Notes under the pieces: model-generated
Seen by the model: the letters and a program-made list of their open reading frames with translations, nothing else
What the model was told of the DNA's origin: nothing
Databases searched by the model: none
Source of the DNA: an uncultured Actinomycetota bacterium
GTDB lineage: Bacteria > Actinomycetota > Actinomycetes > Propionibacteriales > Nocardioidaceae
Direction of reading: 5' to 3'
DNA length: 64,000 nucleotides
Assembly (NCBI GenBank): GCA_963829635.1
Contig: CAWHJI010000006.1
Location: forward strand, 1,535-65,534
Made by a program: the position numbers and the translations under genes
Shown: piece after piece, positions 10,905-20,870 of the stretch
Position numbering within the stretch: the first letter of the stretch is position 1
How the letters are laid out: every line of letters begins with the position of its first letter

Positions 10905-11631
10905 GTGCCCACCTCCTCCGATCGCCGGCTCGACCCGATCGGCGAGCTCACCGTCGACCTCAACGCCGACCTCGGCGAGGAGGTCACCGACGACGCCGGG
11001 CTGCTGGGGATCGTGACCAGCGCCAACGTGGCGTGCGGCTACCACGCCGGGACTCCGGCCATCATGCGCGCGGTGTGTGCGGAGGCGGCCCGGCGCGGGG
11101 TCTCGGTCGGGGCACAGGTGTCCTACGACGACCGGGAGAACTTCGGGAGGGTCGCCCGCGACGTGGCCTACGACGTCCTGCGGGACCAGGTCGCGGACCA
11201 GGTGGGGGTGCTGGCCGCGATCGCCGCCGGGGAGGGGCGTCGGGCTGCGCTACCTCAAGCCGCACGGGGCGCTCTACCACCGGGTGATCGACGACGAGGA
11301 GCAGGCGCGCGCGGTCCTCGACGGATCGGGCTCCCTGCCGGTCCTCGGCATGCCCGGGGGTCTGCTGCTGCGGCTCGCCGCCCGGGCCGGAAGGACGGCG
11401 CACACCGAGGGGTTCCCCGACCGCGGCTACGCGTCGGACGGCCGGCTGCTTGCGCGCGACCAGCCCGGTGCGGTGCTCGACGACAGCGCGCAGATCGCGA
11501 GCCGCGCGGTGGAGCTCGCGGCCGAGGTGGACTCGGTGTGCGTGCACGGCGACACCCCCGGAGCGGTCGCGCACGCGGCCGCCTGCCGAGCCGCCCTGGA
11601 GCGCGCCGGACTGGTGCTGCGCGGCCTCTGA
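10905..11631 (+). CDS. pxpA: 5-oxoprolinase subunit A, LamB/YcsF family (frameshift ~11240)
   Basis: DLNADLGE, SANVACGYHAG, YLKPHGALY, EGFPDRGY, SVCVHGDTPGA. Confidence 0.9.
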
Positions 11632-11645
11632 TCCGGCCGGCCTCC

Positions 11646-11729
11646 GTCCACAGGGGTGGCCGGAAACTGTGGACGAAGGCCCCGGATCTGTGGACGTTCC
11701 GGGCCGGTTCTGTGGAGGGCCCTGTGGGA
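11646..11729. promoter_or_regulatory. cluster of five DnaA-box-like motifs
   Basis: GTCCACAG 11646, CTGTGGAC 11667 and 11688, CTGTGGAG 11710, CTGTGGGA 11722. Confidence 0.5.
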
Positions 11730-11799
11730 CTGAAGGAATGTGAAAGTTCTTTCCCGAAAACCCTTGTGCGGGCCCGTCGCGGCCCGTAGAACTCTCCCT

Positions 11800-11992
11800 A
11801 CCAACTCACCTTCGCGGTGGGTTCGGGGATCGGAACAGCAGCAAGGATCCACTCGGCGAGGCAACTCGCCGCGTCGGCCCGGTGACGGGGACGGCGGGAT
11901 CGGCGAGGCTTTCCGATCGATCGGGCGTCACCGTTTCCGGTCGAACTGAGGGGCTCTTGATGCTCATACCATCAAGAGCCCCTCACCTATTT
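11800..11992 (+). ncRNA. candidate structured small RNA (~190 nt)
   Basis: Upstream TTGTGC-N17-TAGAAC(T); nested helices with a GCAA tetraloop hairpin; strong terminator; no convincing ORF. Confidence 0.5.
11947..11992 (+). terminator. intrinsic terminator
   Basis: Perfect 16-bp stem tgaggggctcttgatg/catcaagagcccctca followed by cctattt. Confidence 0.8.
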
Positions 11993-12035
11993 GCACCGGT
12001 TCTGGTTCGGACCGTTCTGCGCCACACTGGTGCCC

Positions 12036-12630
12036 GTGCGCACCCGATCGGTCGGTCCCGACGCCGTGCTGGTCGAGGTCGACGACGCGGCCGCGGCCCG
12101 TTCCCTGGCGAGCTGGGCGCGCCTCGCCGGGGTGGTGGCGACCGACATCGTGCCGGGCGCCGTCAGGTGTGCTCTTCGACGGGATCCCGGAGCCGGAGTC
12201 CCTGGCCGAGCGGCTTTCGGGCTGGAGCCCGGAGCTGGACCCGCCTGCGGGTGACCTCGTGGAGTTGCCGGTCACCTACGACGGGGCGGACCTCGGGTTC
12301 GTCGCCGACCACTGGGGCCTGAGCGAGGGTGCGGCGGTCGAGCTGCACGCCTCGATCGAGTACGTCGCGGCGTTCTGCGGGTTCGCACCCGGCTTCGCCT
12401 ACCTCGAGGGGCTGCCCGGGGACCGCGCCGTGCCGCGGCTCGCGTCGCCGCGGTCGAAGGTCCCCGCCGGGGCGGTCGCCCTCGCCGGCGCATGGTGTGG
12501 GGTCTACCCGACCGCCTCACCGGGCGGGTGGCAGATCCTCGGCACCACCGACGCAGCCCTCTGGGACGCGACCCGCGAGAGCCCCGCCTTGCTGGCACCC
12601 GGGACCCGGGTGAGGTTCGTCCCGCGATGA
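12036..12630 (+). CDS. pxpB: 5-oxoprolinase subunit B (frameshift ~12165)
   Basis: VGPDAVLVE, YDGADL, GFAPGFAYL, GVYPTASPGGWQILGTT. Confidence 0.88.
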
Positions 12631-13493
12631 CCTTCACGGTCCTGGCCACCGGCCCGCTGACCACGATCCAGGATCGTGGGCGCTTCGGCCTCGCCCATCT
12701 CGGCGTACCGAGGGCGGGCGCGCTCGACGGCCGCGCTGCCGGACTGGCCCGGCGACTCGTGGGGACCGACCCCGACTGCGCCCTGCTCGAGGTGACCCTG
12801 GGTGGCTTCGCCGCCCGGGCCGAAACGGGCCACTGGGTGGCGGTCACCGGGGCGCCGTGTCCGGTGACCGTGGACGGACGTCAGGTGGCCCACGGCCAGG
12901 CGGTGTTCGTCCCCGCCGGCGCCGAGCTGCGGCTGGGCGAGCCGAGGACCGGCGTCCGGTCCTACGTCGCGGTCGCCGGCGGGATCGACGTCGAGCCGGT
13001 GCTGGGGTCGCGGTCGACCGACACGCTGGGGTGGGTGGGACCGCCACGCGTGGCGGAGGGTGCGCGACTGCCCGTCGGCAAGCCCACCGGAGCACCCTTC
13101 CCCCTCGACACGCCCCGGCCCCCGGAGGAGGGAACGTTGCGGCTCCGGCCGGGCCCACGCGCCGACTGGTTCGACGACGACCCGCTGTCGGGGCTGTGCG
13201 CCGCGCCGTACACCGTCCGCCAGGACTCCAACCGTGTCGGCCTGCGGCTCCAGGGCACGCGCCTTGCTCGTGCGCGCGGTGACGAGCTGCCCAGCGAGGG
13301 CATGGTGCTGGGTGCGGTGCAGGTACCGCCGGACGGTCAGCCCGTGGTGTTCCTGGCCGACCACCCGACCACGGGCGGCTACCCCGTGGTCGCGGTCGTC
13401 GACCGGGTGGACCTGTGGCAGTGCGGGCAGCTGCGTCCGGGCGAGCAGGTGCGGTTCACTCGCGCTCCGGCTCCGGGGGGCGCCACGGGGTGA
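12627..13493 (+). CDS. pxpC: 5-oxoprolinase subunit C
   Basis: TTIQDRGRFG, LGSRSTD, SNRVGLRL, GAVQVPPDGQPVVFLADHPTTGGYP; ATGA overlap with pxpB. Confidence 0.92.
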   Translation: MTFTVLATGPLTTIQDRGRFGLAHLGVPRAGALDGRAAGLARRLVGTDPDCALLEVTLGGFAARAETGHWVAVTGAPCPVTVDGRQVAHGQAVFVPAGAELRLGEPRTGVRSYVAVAGGIDVEPVLGSRSTDTLGWVGPPRVAEGARLPVGKPTGAPFPLDTPRPPEEGTLRLRPGPRADWFDDDPLSGLCAAPYTVRQDSNRVGLRLQGTRLARARGDELPSEGMVLGAVQVPPDGQPVVFLADHPTTGGYPVVAVVDRVDLWQCGQLRPGEQVRFTRAPAPGGATG

Positions 13494-14802
13494 GCGCGGC
13501 GTCGTCGACGGGGAAGGACCGGACCGGGCCGGCCGGCGTCTCGGCCGTCTCGAACCGCACCGTCACCACCCCACGCCCGGACCCCCAGACCCAGCCGCGG
13601 CCGAGCTCCTCGTGCACGACGTCCATGCCCGGTGCCCACCCGGGACGGTGGCGGGCCGGCGGCGGGGCGTCGGGCTCGGCCCGGGGGTCGGCGGCGTCGT
13701 CCTCCTCGGCCGCGTCGTCGCCCATCAGGTCGTCGCCGAAGAGGTCGTCCTGGATCCAGTCCGCCAGTCCGGAGACGCCGACCCCGAGCAGGCGCACGCC
13801 GCCGGAGGTGTCGAGCTCGGCGAGCAGGCCGCGGGCGAGCTTGGCGATCGTGGTCGTGCTGTCGACGGGGGAGGGCAGGGTGGTGGAGCGATTGAGCGTG
13901 GTGAAGTCGTGCAGCCGCACCTTGATCGTCACCGTCCGCCCCGACAGCCCGCCCTTGCGGAGGCGCTCGGCCACGCTGCCGGCCTGCCGGGTCAGGATCG
14001 CCTCCATCAGCACCCGGTCGGTCAGGTCGGTCTCGTAGGTGCCTTCGACGCTGACCGACTTCGCCTCGCGCTCCGGGACGACGGGCCGGTCGTCCTCGGC
14101 ACGCGCGAGCGCGTGGAGCCCCGCGCCGTGCGCCTTGCCGAGCAGCCGGACCAGCTCGTCCAGGCTGACCCGCTCGAGGTCGGCCACGGTGTGGATGCCC
14201 GCCCGCCGCAGCCGCTCCGCCGTCGCCGGGCCGACGCCGGGGATCACCGTCACGTGCATCGGGCGGAGCAGGTCCTGCTCGGTCCCGGGCGCGACGACGA
14301 CCAGTCCGTCGGGCTTGTCGAGGTCGCTGGCGACCTTGGCGATGAACTTCGAGGTGCCGATGCCCACGGACGCGGTCAGGCCGCCGGTCACCTCGGCGAC
14401 CCGGGCGCGGATCTCCTCGGCCGTCGCGGTGACGGTGGGGACCTCCAGGTCGGTCAGCCCGGCCTCGGCGAGGTCGACGAACGCCTCGTCCAGCGAGAGC
14501 GGCTCGACCAGCGGCGAGGCGTCCCGCAGGACCTTCATCACCGCCTCGCTGGCCGCCCGGTAGGCGTGGAACCGGCCCGTCAGGAACGCCGCGTGCGGGC
14601 AGCGGGAGCGCGCCTCCCGGGTCGACATGGCCGAGCGGACGCCGTACTTCCTGGCCTCGTACGACGCCGTCGCCACCACGCCCCGACCGCCGACGCCGCC
14701 GACGACGACCGGCTTGCCGCGCAGCGACGGCTTGTCCCGCTGCTCGACCGCGGCGAAGAAGGCGTCCAGGTCGAGGTGGAGCACCGAGGCGACCGGACGC
14801 AT
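13456..14802 (-). CDS. dinB: DNA polymerase IV (DinB1-like)
   Basis: HLDLDAFFAAVEQ, ATASYEARKYGV, SLDEAFVD, AKVASDLDKPDG; QDDLF clamp-binding-like motif. Confidence 0.95.
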   Translation of the reverse strand: MRPVASVLHLDLDAFFAAVEQRDKPSLRGKPVVVGGVGGRGVVATASYEARKYGVRSAMSTREARSRCPHAAFLTGRFHAYRAASEAVMKVLRDASPLVEPLSLDEAFVDLAEAGLTDLEVPTVTATAEEIRARVAEVTGGLTASVGIGTSKFIAKVASDLDKPDGLVVVAPGTEQDLLRPMHVTVIPGVGPATAERLRRAGIHTVADLERVSLDELVRLLGKAHGAGLHALARAEDDRPVVPEREAKSVSVEGTYETDLTDRVLMEAILTRQAGSVAERLRKGGLSGRTVTIKVRLHDFTTLNRSTTLPSPVDSTTTIAKLARGLLAELDTSGGVRLLGVGVSGLADWIQDDLFGDDLMGDDAAEEDDAADPRAEPDAPPPARHRPGWAPGMDVVHEELGRGWVWGSGRGVVTVRFETAETPAGPVRSFPVDDAALTPWRPPEPERE

Positions 14803-14916
14803 GGTCGCAAACTACCGGCCCGCGGAACGTCCACAGCGCAGGCGCCGGACGCGCTCCTCCACAGGCGATCGCCCGCGCCCCGCGGAACGGGGCACGTCAC
14901 GGGCAGCGTGTCGCGC

Positions 14917-15847
14917 ATGACCACCACCCTGACCGCCCGATCGCCCGAGGACGTCCTCGCCGTCGTGCCCCTCGTGCTCGGGTTCAGCCCCACCGACTCC
15001 GTCGTCATGCTGACCTTCGGCGGCGCGACCACCTTCCACGCCCGCGTCGACCTGCCCGAGGTCGGCGAGCCCGTCGACCCGCTGGTCGAGTCGCTGCGCG
15101 AGCCCGCGCTGCGGCACGGCGTGCGCGAGGTGTTCTTCGTGATCTACAGCGCCGACGGAGCTGCCCGCGGAGCGGCTCTCCCGGCGGCTGGTCCGGGCCT
15201 TCCGGTCGGCCGGGATCACGGTCTACGACGTGCTGCGTGCCGACGGCGAGCGGTGGCACCCACTGCTGCGGTCCCGCCGCGCGGCGCCGCCGGGCGGGGT
15301 GCCCTACGACATCTCCGCCCACCCTTCCTGGTCTCCTCCGTGGTCGAGGGGCAGGTGACCCACCGCTCGCGGGAGGCCCTCGCCGCCACCCTGGACGCCG
15401 AGCCGGCCCGCGTCCGGAGCGTCGAGGAGGCCCGCACGGGGTCGCCGGTGACCGCCGGGTGGGTCCGGAGCGTCGTCGAGCGACACGTGGCGGCATGCTC
15501 CGTCCCCGACGACGCGGAGGCCGCGGCGCTGCTCCAGGCCCTCGCCGTCCCCGACCTCCGCGACGCCGCCTGGTCGCCGCTGCGTCGCGAGACCGCCCAG
15601 CAGAGCGTCGCCTTCTGGAGCGACCTGGTCCGGCGGGCCCCCGACGACCTCGTCTCCCACGTGGCGGCGGTCCTCGGGTTCGCCGCCTGGGTGGCCGGCC
15701 ACGGCGCCCTCGCCTGGTGCGCCGTCGACCGTTCGCATCACCGCCGACCCCGACCACTCGCTGGCGCACCTGGTCGGAGACCTGCTGGCCTCGGCGGTGC
15801 CGCCGACCGCCTGGGAGGAGGTGTTCGCCCGGCAGGACCCCGCCTGA
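14917..15847 (+). CDS. DUF4192-like protein (multiple frameshifts)
   Basis: SPEDVLAVVPLVLGFSPTDSVV, LRDAAW, LGFAAWVAGHGALAWCAVDR. Confidence 0.75.
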
Positions 15848-15886
15848 ATGCTCGCCTGCGGACGGCCCGAACCCTAAGGTCGGGTC

Positions 15887-17350
15887 ATGGGCGAGGAAGT
15901 CGAGGCACAGGAGTTCTCCCGCGCTGACCGGACGCGGCACCGGGAGAAGGTGCGCCGGTGCCTGGACGTCTTCGCCCGGATGCTCCGCGAGGAGCAGTTC
16001 GACACCGACGACCCGATGACCGGCCTCGAGGTCGAGCTCAACCTCGTCGACGACGACGGCGACCCGGCGCTGAAGAACGCCGCGGCGCTCGAGGCGATCG
16101 CCGACCCCGACTTCGTCACCGAGCTCGGCCAGTTCAACATCGAGATCAACGTGCCACCGGCCAAGCTGCGCGAGGACGGGCTGTCCGCGTTCGAGGAGAC
16201 CCTGCGGCGCAGCCTCAACGACGCCGAGAGCAAGTCCTCCGAGGTCGGCGCCCACATGGTGATGATCGGCATCCTGCCGACCCTCGCGGAGGGGCACCTC
16301 GGCCTGGACAGCCTCAGCGCGAACCCCCGCTACAAGCTGCTGAGCGAGCAGATCATGTCCGCGCGCGGCGAGGACATCGCGATCTCGATCGCCGGTGCCG
16401 AGAGCCTGGTCACGACGGCCGACTCGATCGTGCCCGAGGCGGCGTGCACGAGCATGCAGCTGCACGTGCAGACCTCGCCCGACCAGTTCGCGTCGTACTG
16501 GAACGCCAGCCAGGCGATCTCGGCGGTCCAGCTGGCGGTGGGCGCCAACTCGCCGTACCTCCTCGGCAAGGAGCTGTGGCGGGAGACCCGGATCCCCCTG
16601 TTCGAGCAGGCCACCGACACCCGCAGCGAGGAGCTGAAGGCCCAGGGCGTGCGGCCGCGGGTGTGGTTCGGCGAGCGGTGGGTCACCTCGGTGTTCGACC
16701 TGTTCGAGGAGAACGTCCGCTACTTCCCGGCCCTGCTCCCGATCACCGAGGACGAGGACCCGCTCGAGGTGCTGGAGGACGGCGGCACCCCGGAGCTGGC
16801 CGAGCTGCGGCTGCACAACGGCACCATCTACCGCTGGAACCGGCCGGTCTACGACATCGCCAACGGCGTGCCCCACCTGCGCGTGGAGAACCGCGTCCTC
16901 GCTGCCGGCCCCACGGTCTCGGACATGATGGCCAACGCCGCCTTCTACTTCGGGCTGGTCCGCTACCTCGCGGAGAGCCAGCGTCCGCTGTGGTCGCAGA
17001 TGTCGTTCAGCGCCGCCGAGGAGAACTTCCACGTGGCGGCCGAGCACGGCATCGAGGCCCAGGTCTACTGGCCGGGGATCGGCCAGGTGCGGGCCACCGA
17101 GCTCGTGCTGCGCCGGCTGCTGCCGATGGCCCACGAGGGCCTGGACTCCTGGGGGGTGGCGGCGGAGGTCCGTGACCGGCTGCTCGGCATCATCGAGCAG
17201 CGCTGCCTGGACGGCACGAACGGCGCCGAGTGGTTCGCGAACAGGATGCACGCGCGCAGCGACCTGGACCGCTACGACGCCCTGCGCGCCACCCTGCTGG
17301 AGTACCGGCGCAACATGCACTCCAACGAGCCGGTGCACACCTGGGACTAG
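15887..17350 (+). CDS. glutamate-cysteine ligase (GCS2) family protein
   Basis: GLEVELNLVD, TELGQFNIEIN, SMQLHVQ, ANSPYL, LHNGTIYRWNRPVY, HLRVENRVL. Confidence 0.88.
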   Translation: MGEEVEAQEFSRADRTRHREKVRRCLDVFARMLREEQFDTDDPMTGLEVELNLVDDDGDPALKNAAALEAIADPDFVTELGQFNIEINVPPAKLREDGLSAFEETLRRSLNDAESKSSEVGAHMVMIGILPTLAEGHLGLDSLSANPRYKLLSEQIMSARGEDIAISIAGAESLVTTADSIVPEAACTSMQLHVQTSPDQFASYWNASQAISAVQLAVGANSPYLLGKELWRETRIPLFEQATDTRSEELKAQGVRPRVWFGERWVTSVFDLFEENVRYFPALLPITEDEDPLEVLEDGGTPELAELRLHNGTIYRWNRPVYDIANGVPHLRVENRVLAAGPTVSDMMANAAFYFGLVRYLAESQRPLWSQMSFSAAEENFHVAAEHGIEAQVYWPGIGQVRATELVLRRLLPMAHEGLDSWGVAAEVRDRLLGIIEQRCLDGTNGAEWFANRMHARSDLDRYDALRATLLEYRRNMHSNEPVHTWD

Positions 17351-17365
17351 CGCTCGTCGCTGCCC

Positions 17366-17806
17366 TCACCGCTGCCGCAGCCGGCGCCACACCTGGCGCA
17401 CGTCGCTGCGGGGGTCCCACCACCCGTCCCGGGTGATCACCACCATGGTCAGCGAGACCCCGGCCTCGGCGCAGGCCGACCCGGTGGCGGCCAGCCAGGC
17501 CGCGTCGAGGTCCTCGAGGGTGTGCCGGCCGGGGCGGGTCAGCCAGACGACGGGCGCACCGCCGTCGGCGCCGAGCGGGTCCTCCCGGGCGACGTGGGCC
17601 AGCATCGCGGCCACCAGGTCGGTCCGCAGCCCGTGGCCGAGCCGGTCGGGGACGGCGAGCGGGATCGAGGCGCGCCGACCCCCGGGTGTCCCGACGTGGA
17701 GCGCCGGCGGGAACACCCGGCGGGGGTCGCCGGTCACCAGCTCCAGTACGGCGCGCCGCAGCGCACGACGGGTGGCAGCGGCGACGGGTTCGGTCAGCAC
17801 GGGCAC
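17366..17806 (-). CDS. hypothetical actinobacterial protein
   Basis: RRVFPPALHVG, LRTDLV, WLTRPG, MVVITRDGWWDPRS...WRRLR; start approximate. Confidence 0.65.
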   Translation of the reverse strand: MPVLTEPVAAATRRALRRAVLELVTGDPRRVFPPALHVGTPGGRRASIPLAVPDRLGHGLRTDLVAAMLAHVAREDPLGADGGAPVVWLTRPGRHTLEDLDAAWLAATGSACAEAGVSLTMVVITRDGWWDPRSDVRQVWRRLRQR

Positions 17807-17922
17807 GGCTCCAGCCTGCCCGGAACGACGAGGACGCGCCGTCCTCCCTCCACAGGCCTGCCCACCGGTGCCCGGATTCGGTAGCGTGCCGAGAAAGCAG
17901 TCGTGGAGTCGAGGAGGGGTCA

Positions 17923-18327
17923 ATGGGGACCGTGGTCGTGGGTTACGTGCCCAAGCCGGAGGGTGAGGCCGCGCTGGCGCGCGGGATCGAGGAGGCCAAG
18001 CTGCGCGGGTCGCAGGTGGTCGTCGTGAACAGTCACCGCGGTGGGCAGGACTTCGACCGGTCCGCCTCGCAGCGCGCCGAGAGCGAGCTGGAGAAGGTGA
18101 AGGCGACGCTCGACGAGTCCGGGGTCAGCTATGACCTCCGTCAGCTCGTCCGGGGGTTCGAACCCGCCGAGGACCTCATCTCCATCGCCCAGGACGTGTC
18201 GGCCGAGCTGATCGTGATCGGCCTGCGCCGCCGCTCACCGGTCGGCAAGCTGATCCTGGGCAGCAACGCCCAGCGGGTCCTGCTCGACTCGACCTGCCCC
18301 GTGCTCGCGGTCAAGGCCAGCGGCTGA
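17923..18327 (+). CDS. universal stress protein
   Basis: GAGGAGG SD; TVVVGY, IVIGLRRRSPVGKLILGSNAQRVLLDSTCPVLAV. Confidence 0.93.
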   Translation: MGTVVVGYVPKPEGEAALARGIEEAKLRGSQVVVVNSHRGGQDFDRSASQRAESELEKVKATLDESGVSYDLRQLVRGFEPAEDLISIAQDVSAELIVIGLRRRSPVGKLILGSNAQRVLLDSTCPVLAVKASG

Positions 18328-18498
18328 CCGGAGCTCCGCCGGTGACGCTCGGGCCGACTCGTGCCGCTGAGCGGGCAAACGCATCCGCGGCGCCCCACTG
18401 GATCGTGCCAACCGACGCGTTTGCCCGCTGGCCGGAACGCATGGGGCCAATCCGGCACGACAAGCGCATGCGGTCGCAGCTGCGGCAGGATGGGAACC

Positions 18499-19059
18499 AT
18501 GACCATCCACATCACCGGCGACGACGCCGCCGACCAGGTGCTCACCGACGACCCGTTCGCACTCGTGGTCGGGATGATGCTCGACCAGCAGTACCCGATG
18601 GAGCACGCGTTCCGCGGGCCGGCCAAGGTGCTGGAGCGGTTCGGGACGCTCGATCCGGCGCAGATCGCCTCCGCCGACCCGGAGGAGTTCGCGGCGCTCT
18701 GCGCCACGCCGCCGGCCATCCACCGGTTCCCCGGCTCGATGGCCGCCCGGCTCCAGGCCCTGGCCGCGCTGGTGGTCGCGGAGTACGACGGTGACGCCTC
18801 CCGGCTGTGGACCGGGGCCGGGTCCGGCGCGGACCTGCTCAAGCGGGTGATGGCGCTCCCGGGCTTCGGGAAGCAGAAGGCGCAGATCTTCGTCGCCCTC
18901 CTCGCCAAGCAGCTCGGCGTACGGCCCGACGGCTGGGAGGCCGCCACCGGGGCGTACGCCGAGGAGGGCTTCCGCTCGGTCGCCGACGTGGTCGACCCGG
19001 CGTCTCTGCAGAAGGTGCGGGACTACAAGAAGCAGAAGAAGGCCGCCGCACGCGGGTGA
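18499..19059 (+). CDS. HhH-GPD-type base excision repair protein
   Basis: PFALVVGMMLDQQYPMEHAF, AIHRFPGSMA, LPGFGKQKAQIFVALL. Confidence 0.88.
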   Translation: MTIHITGDDAADQVLTDDPFALVVGMMLDQQYPMEHAFRGPAKVLERFGTLDPAQIASADPEEFAALCATPPAIHRFPGSMAARLQALAALVVAEYDGDASRLWTGAGSGADLLKRVMALPGFGKQKAQIFVALLAKQLGVRPDGWEAATGAYAEEGFRSVADVVDPASLQKVRDYKKQKKAAARG

Positions 19060-19173
19060 TCGGGTCGACGGTGGCGGGGCGAGTTCGGGGTGCGCTTCGT
19101 CCCCGTGGCAGAATGGCCCGCGCGGCTCTTGACGTTACCGGGCCTTGCCGCGCCCCCATGCTCCTGACGAGAG

Positions 19174-20805
19174 GTGTTCGTGTCTTCGAACCCGCGCAAG
19201 ATCGCTCCCGCCGAGGTTTTTGCCCACCCCGCCGTCGTGGCACTCATCGAGCGGGGCGCGCCCACCGGATCGTTGAGTCCCGACGACGTGCGCCAGGCCA
19301 GTGAGGATGCCGCGATCGAGCCCCGCCACCTCAAGGCGCTGCTGGCCCACCTGAGCAGCCGCGGCATCTCGGTCGACGTCCCGCCCACGACCTCCCGCAC
19401 CGTCGCCGCGCGCAGCGCGCGGAAGACGACCACGGCGAGCGCGGCGAAGAAGGCTGCCAAGGCACCGGCCAAGAAGGCCACCGCGACGGCGGCGAAGAAG
19501 ACGGCGTCCGCGAAGAAGGCCGCCACGGCCGCCAAGGCGCCGGCGAAGAAGGCCCCGGCGAAGAAGACCGCCGCCAAGAAGGCGCCGGCGGCAGCCGCGA
19601 CGGCGACGAAGACCGCACCACCAAGAAGACCGCCGCCAAGGCCACGACGAAGGCGGCGGCGAAGAAGACCACCGCCAAGAAGGCCGGCTCGGCCACCGCG
19701 ACCCCTGCCGAGGAGCTCGCGCCCGTCGTCCTCGGCCCCGACGGCAAGAAGATCCTTCCCGACATTCCCGACGAGCAGTTCGAGAAGGACGTCAAGGTCG
19801 ATCCGACGATCGAGCAGGACGAGAAGCAGGCCACGTTCGTCGTCTCGGACGCCGACGACGCCGGCGAGCCCGAGCAGCAGGTGATGGTCGCCGGTGCGAC
19901 GGCCGACCCGGTCAAGGACTACCTCAAGCAGATCGGCAAGGTGCCCCTGCTCAACGCCGAGATGGAGGTCGAGCTCGCCAAGCGGATCGAGGCCGGCCTG
20001 TTCTCGGAGGAGAAGCTCGGCAAGGGCGGCAAGATCAGCGCGAAGGTGCTCGAGGAGCTCGAGTGGATCTCCGAGGACGGCCGCCGCGCCAAGAACCACC
20101 TCCTCGAGGCGAACCTGCGGCTCGTGGTCTCCCTGGCCAAGCGCTACACCGGCCGCGGCATGCTGTTCCTGGACCTGATCCAGGAGGGCAACCTCGGACT
20201 CATCCGCGCGGTGGAGAAGTTCGACTACACCAAGGGCTACAAGTTCTCGACGTACGCCACCTGGTGGATCCGGCAGGCGATCACCCGCGCCATGGCCGAC
20301 CAGGCCCGGACCATCCGGATCCCGGTCCACATGGTCGAGGTGATCAACAAGCTGGCCCGTGTCCAGCGCCAGATGCTCCAGGACCTCGGCCGCGAGCCGA
20401 CGCCGGAGGAGCTGGCCAAGGAGCTCGACATGACCCCCGAGAAGGTCATCGAGGTCCAGAAGTACGGCCGCGAGCCGATCTCCCTGCACACCCCGCTCGG
20501 CGAGGACGGCGACTCCGAGTTCGGTGACCTGATCGAGGACTCCGAGGCGATCGTCCCGGCCGACGCGGTCAGCTTCACGCTCCTCCAGGAGCAGCTGCAC
20601 GCCGTGCTCGACACCCTCTCCGAGCGCGAGGCCGGCGTCGGTCAGCATGCGGTTCGGCCTCACCGACGGCCAGCCCAAGACGCTCGACGAGATCGGCAAG
20701 GTCTACGGCGTCACCCGCGAGCGGATCCGCCAGATCGAGTCCAAGACGATGTCGAAGCTGCGCCACCCGTCGCGCTCGCAGGTCCTGCGCGACTACCTGG
20801 ACTGA
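19174..20805 (+). CDS. sigA: principal sigma factor SigA/HrdB (frameshifts ~19620 and ~20641)
   Basis: [60 protein letters not shown]; AKK-rich N-terminal extension. Confidence 0.95.
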
Positions 20806-20811
20806 AGACCG

Positions 20812-20831
20812 TCCGGTCGGTGGCGACCGGA
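20812..20831. terminator. hairpin after sigA
   Basis: tccggtcg-gtgg-cgaccgga. Confidence 0.4.
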
Positions 20832-20870
20832 TGAGCACGGGCACGCCACCGACATGCCGCGCCGTGTCCG

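Noticed and set aside
11646-11760. Replication origin
   Set aside because: No dnaA/dnaN nearby, few and imperfect boxes, and only a short AT-rich stretch.
19420-19700. AKK/PAKK tandem repeats as a separate histone-like gene or DNA repeat element
   Set aside because: Part of the well-known low-complexity N-terminal extension of actinobacterial SigA.
19600-20660. Programmed frameshifting or pseudogenisation of sigA
   Set aside because: Essential gene, no slippery-site signature noticed, and indels are window-wide, so sequencing error is far more likely.
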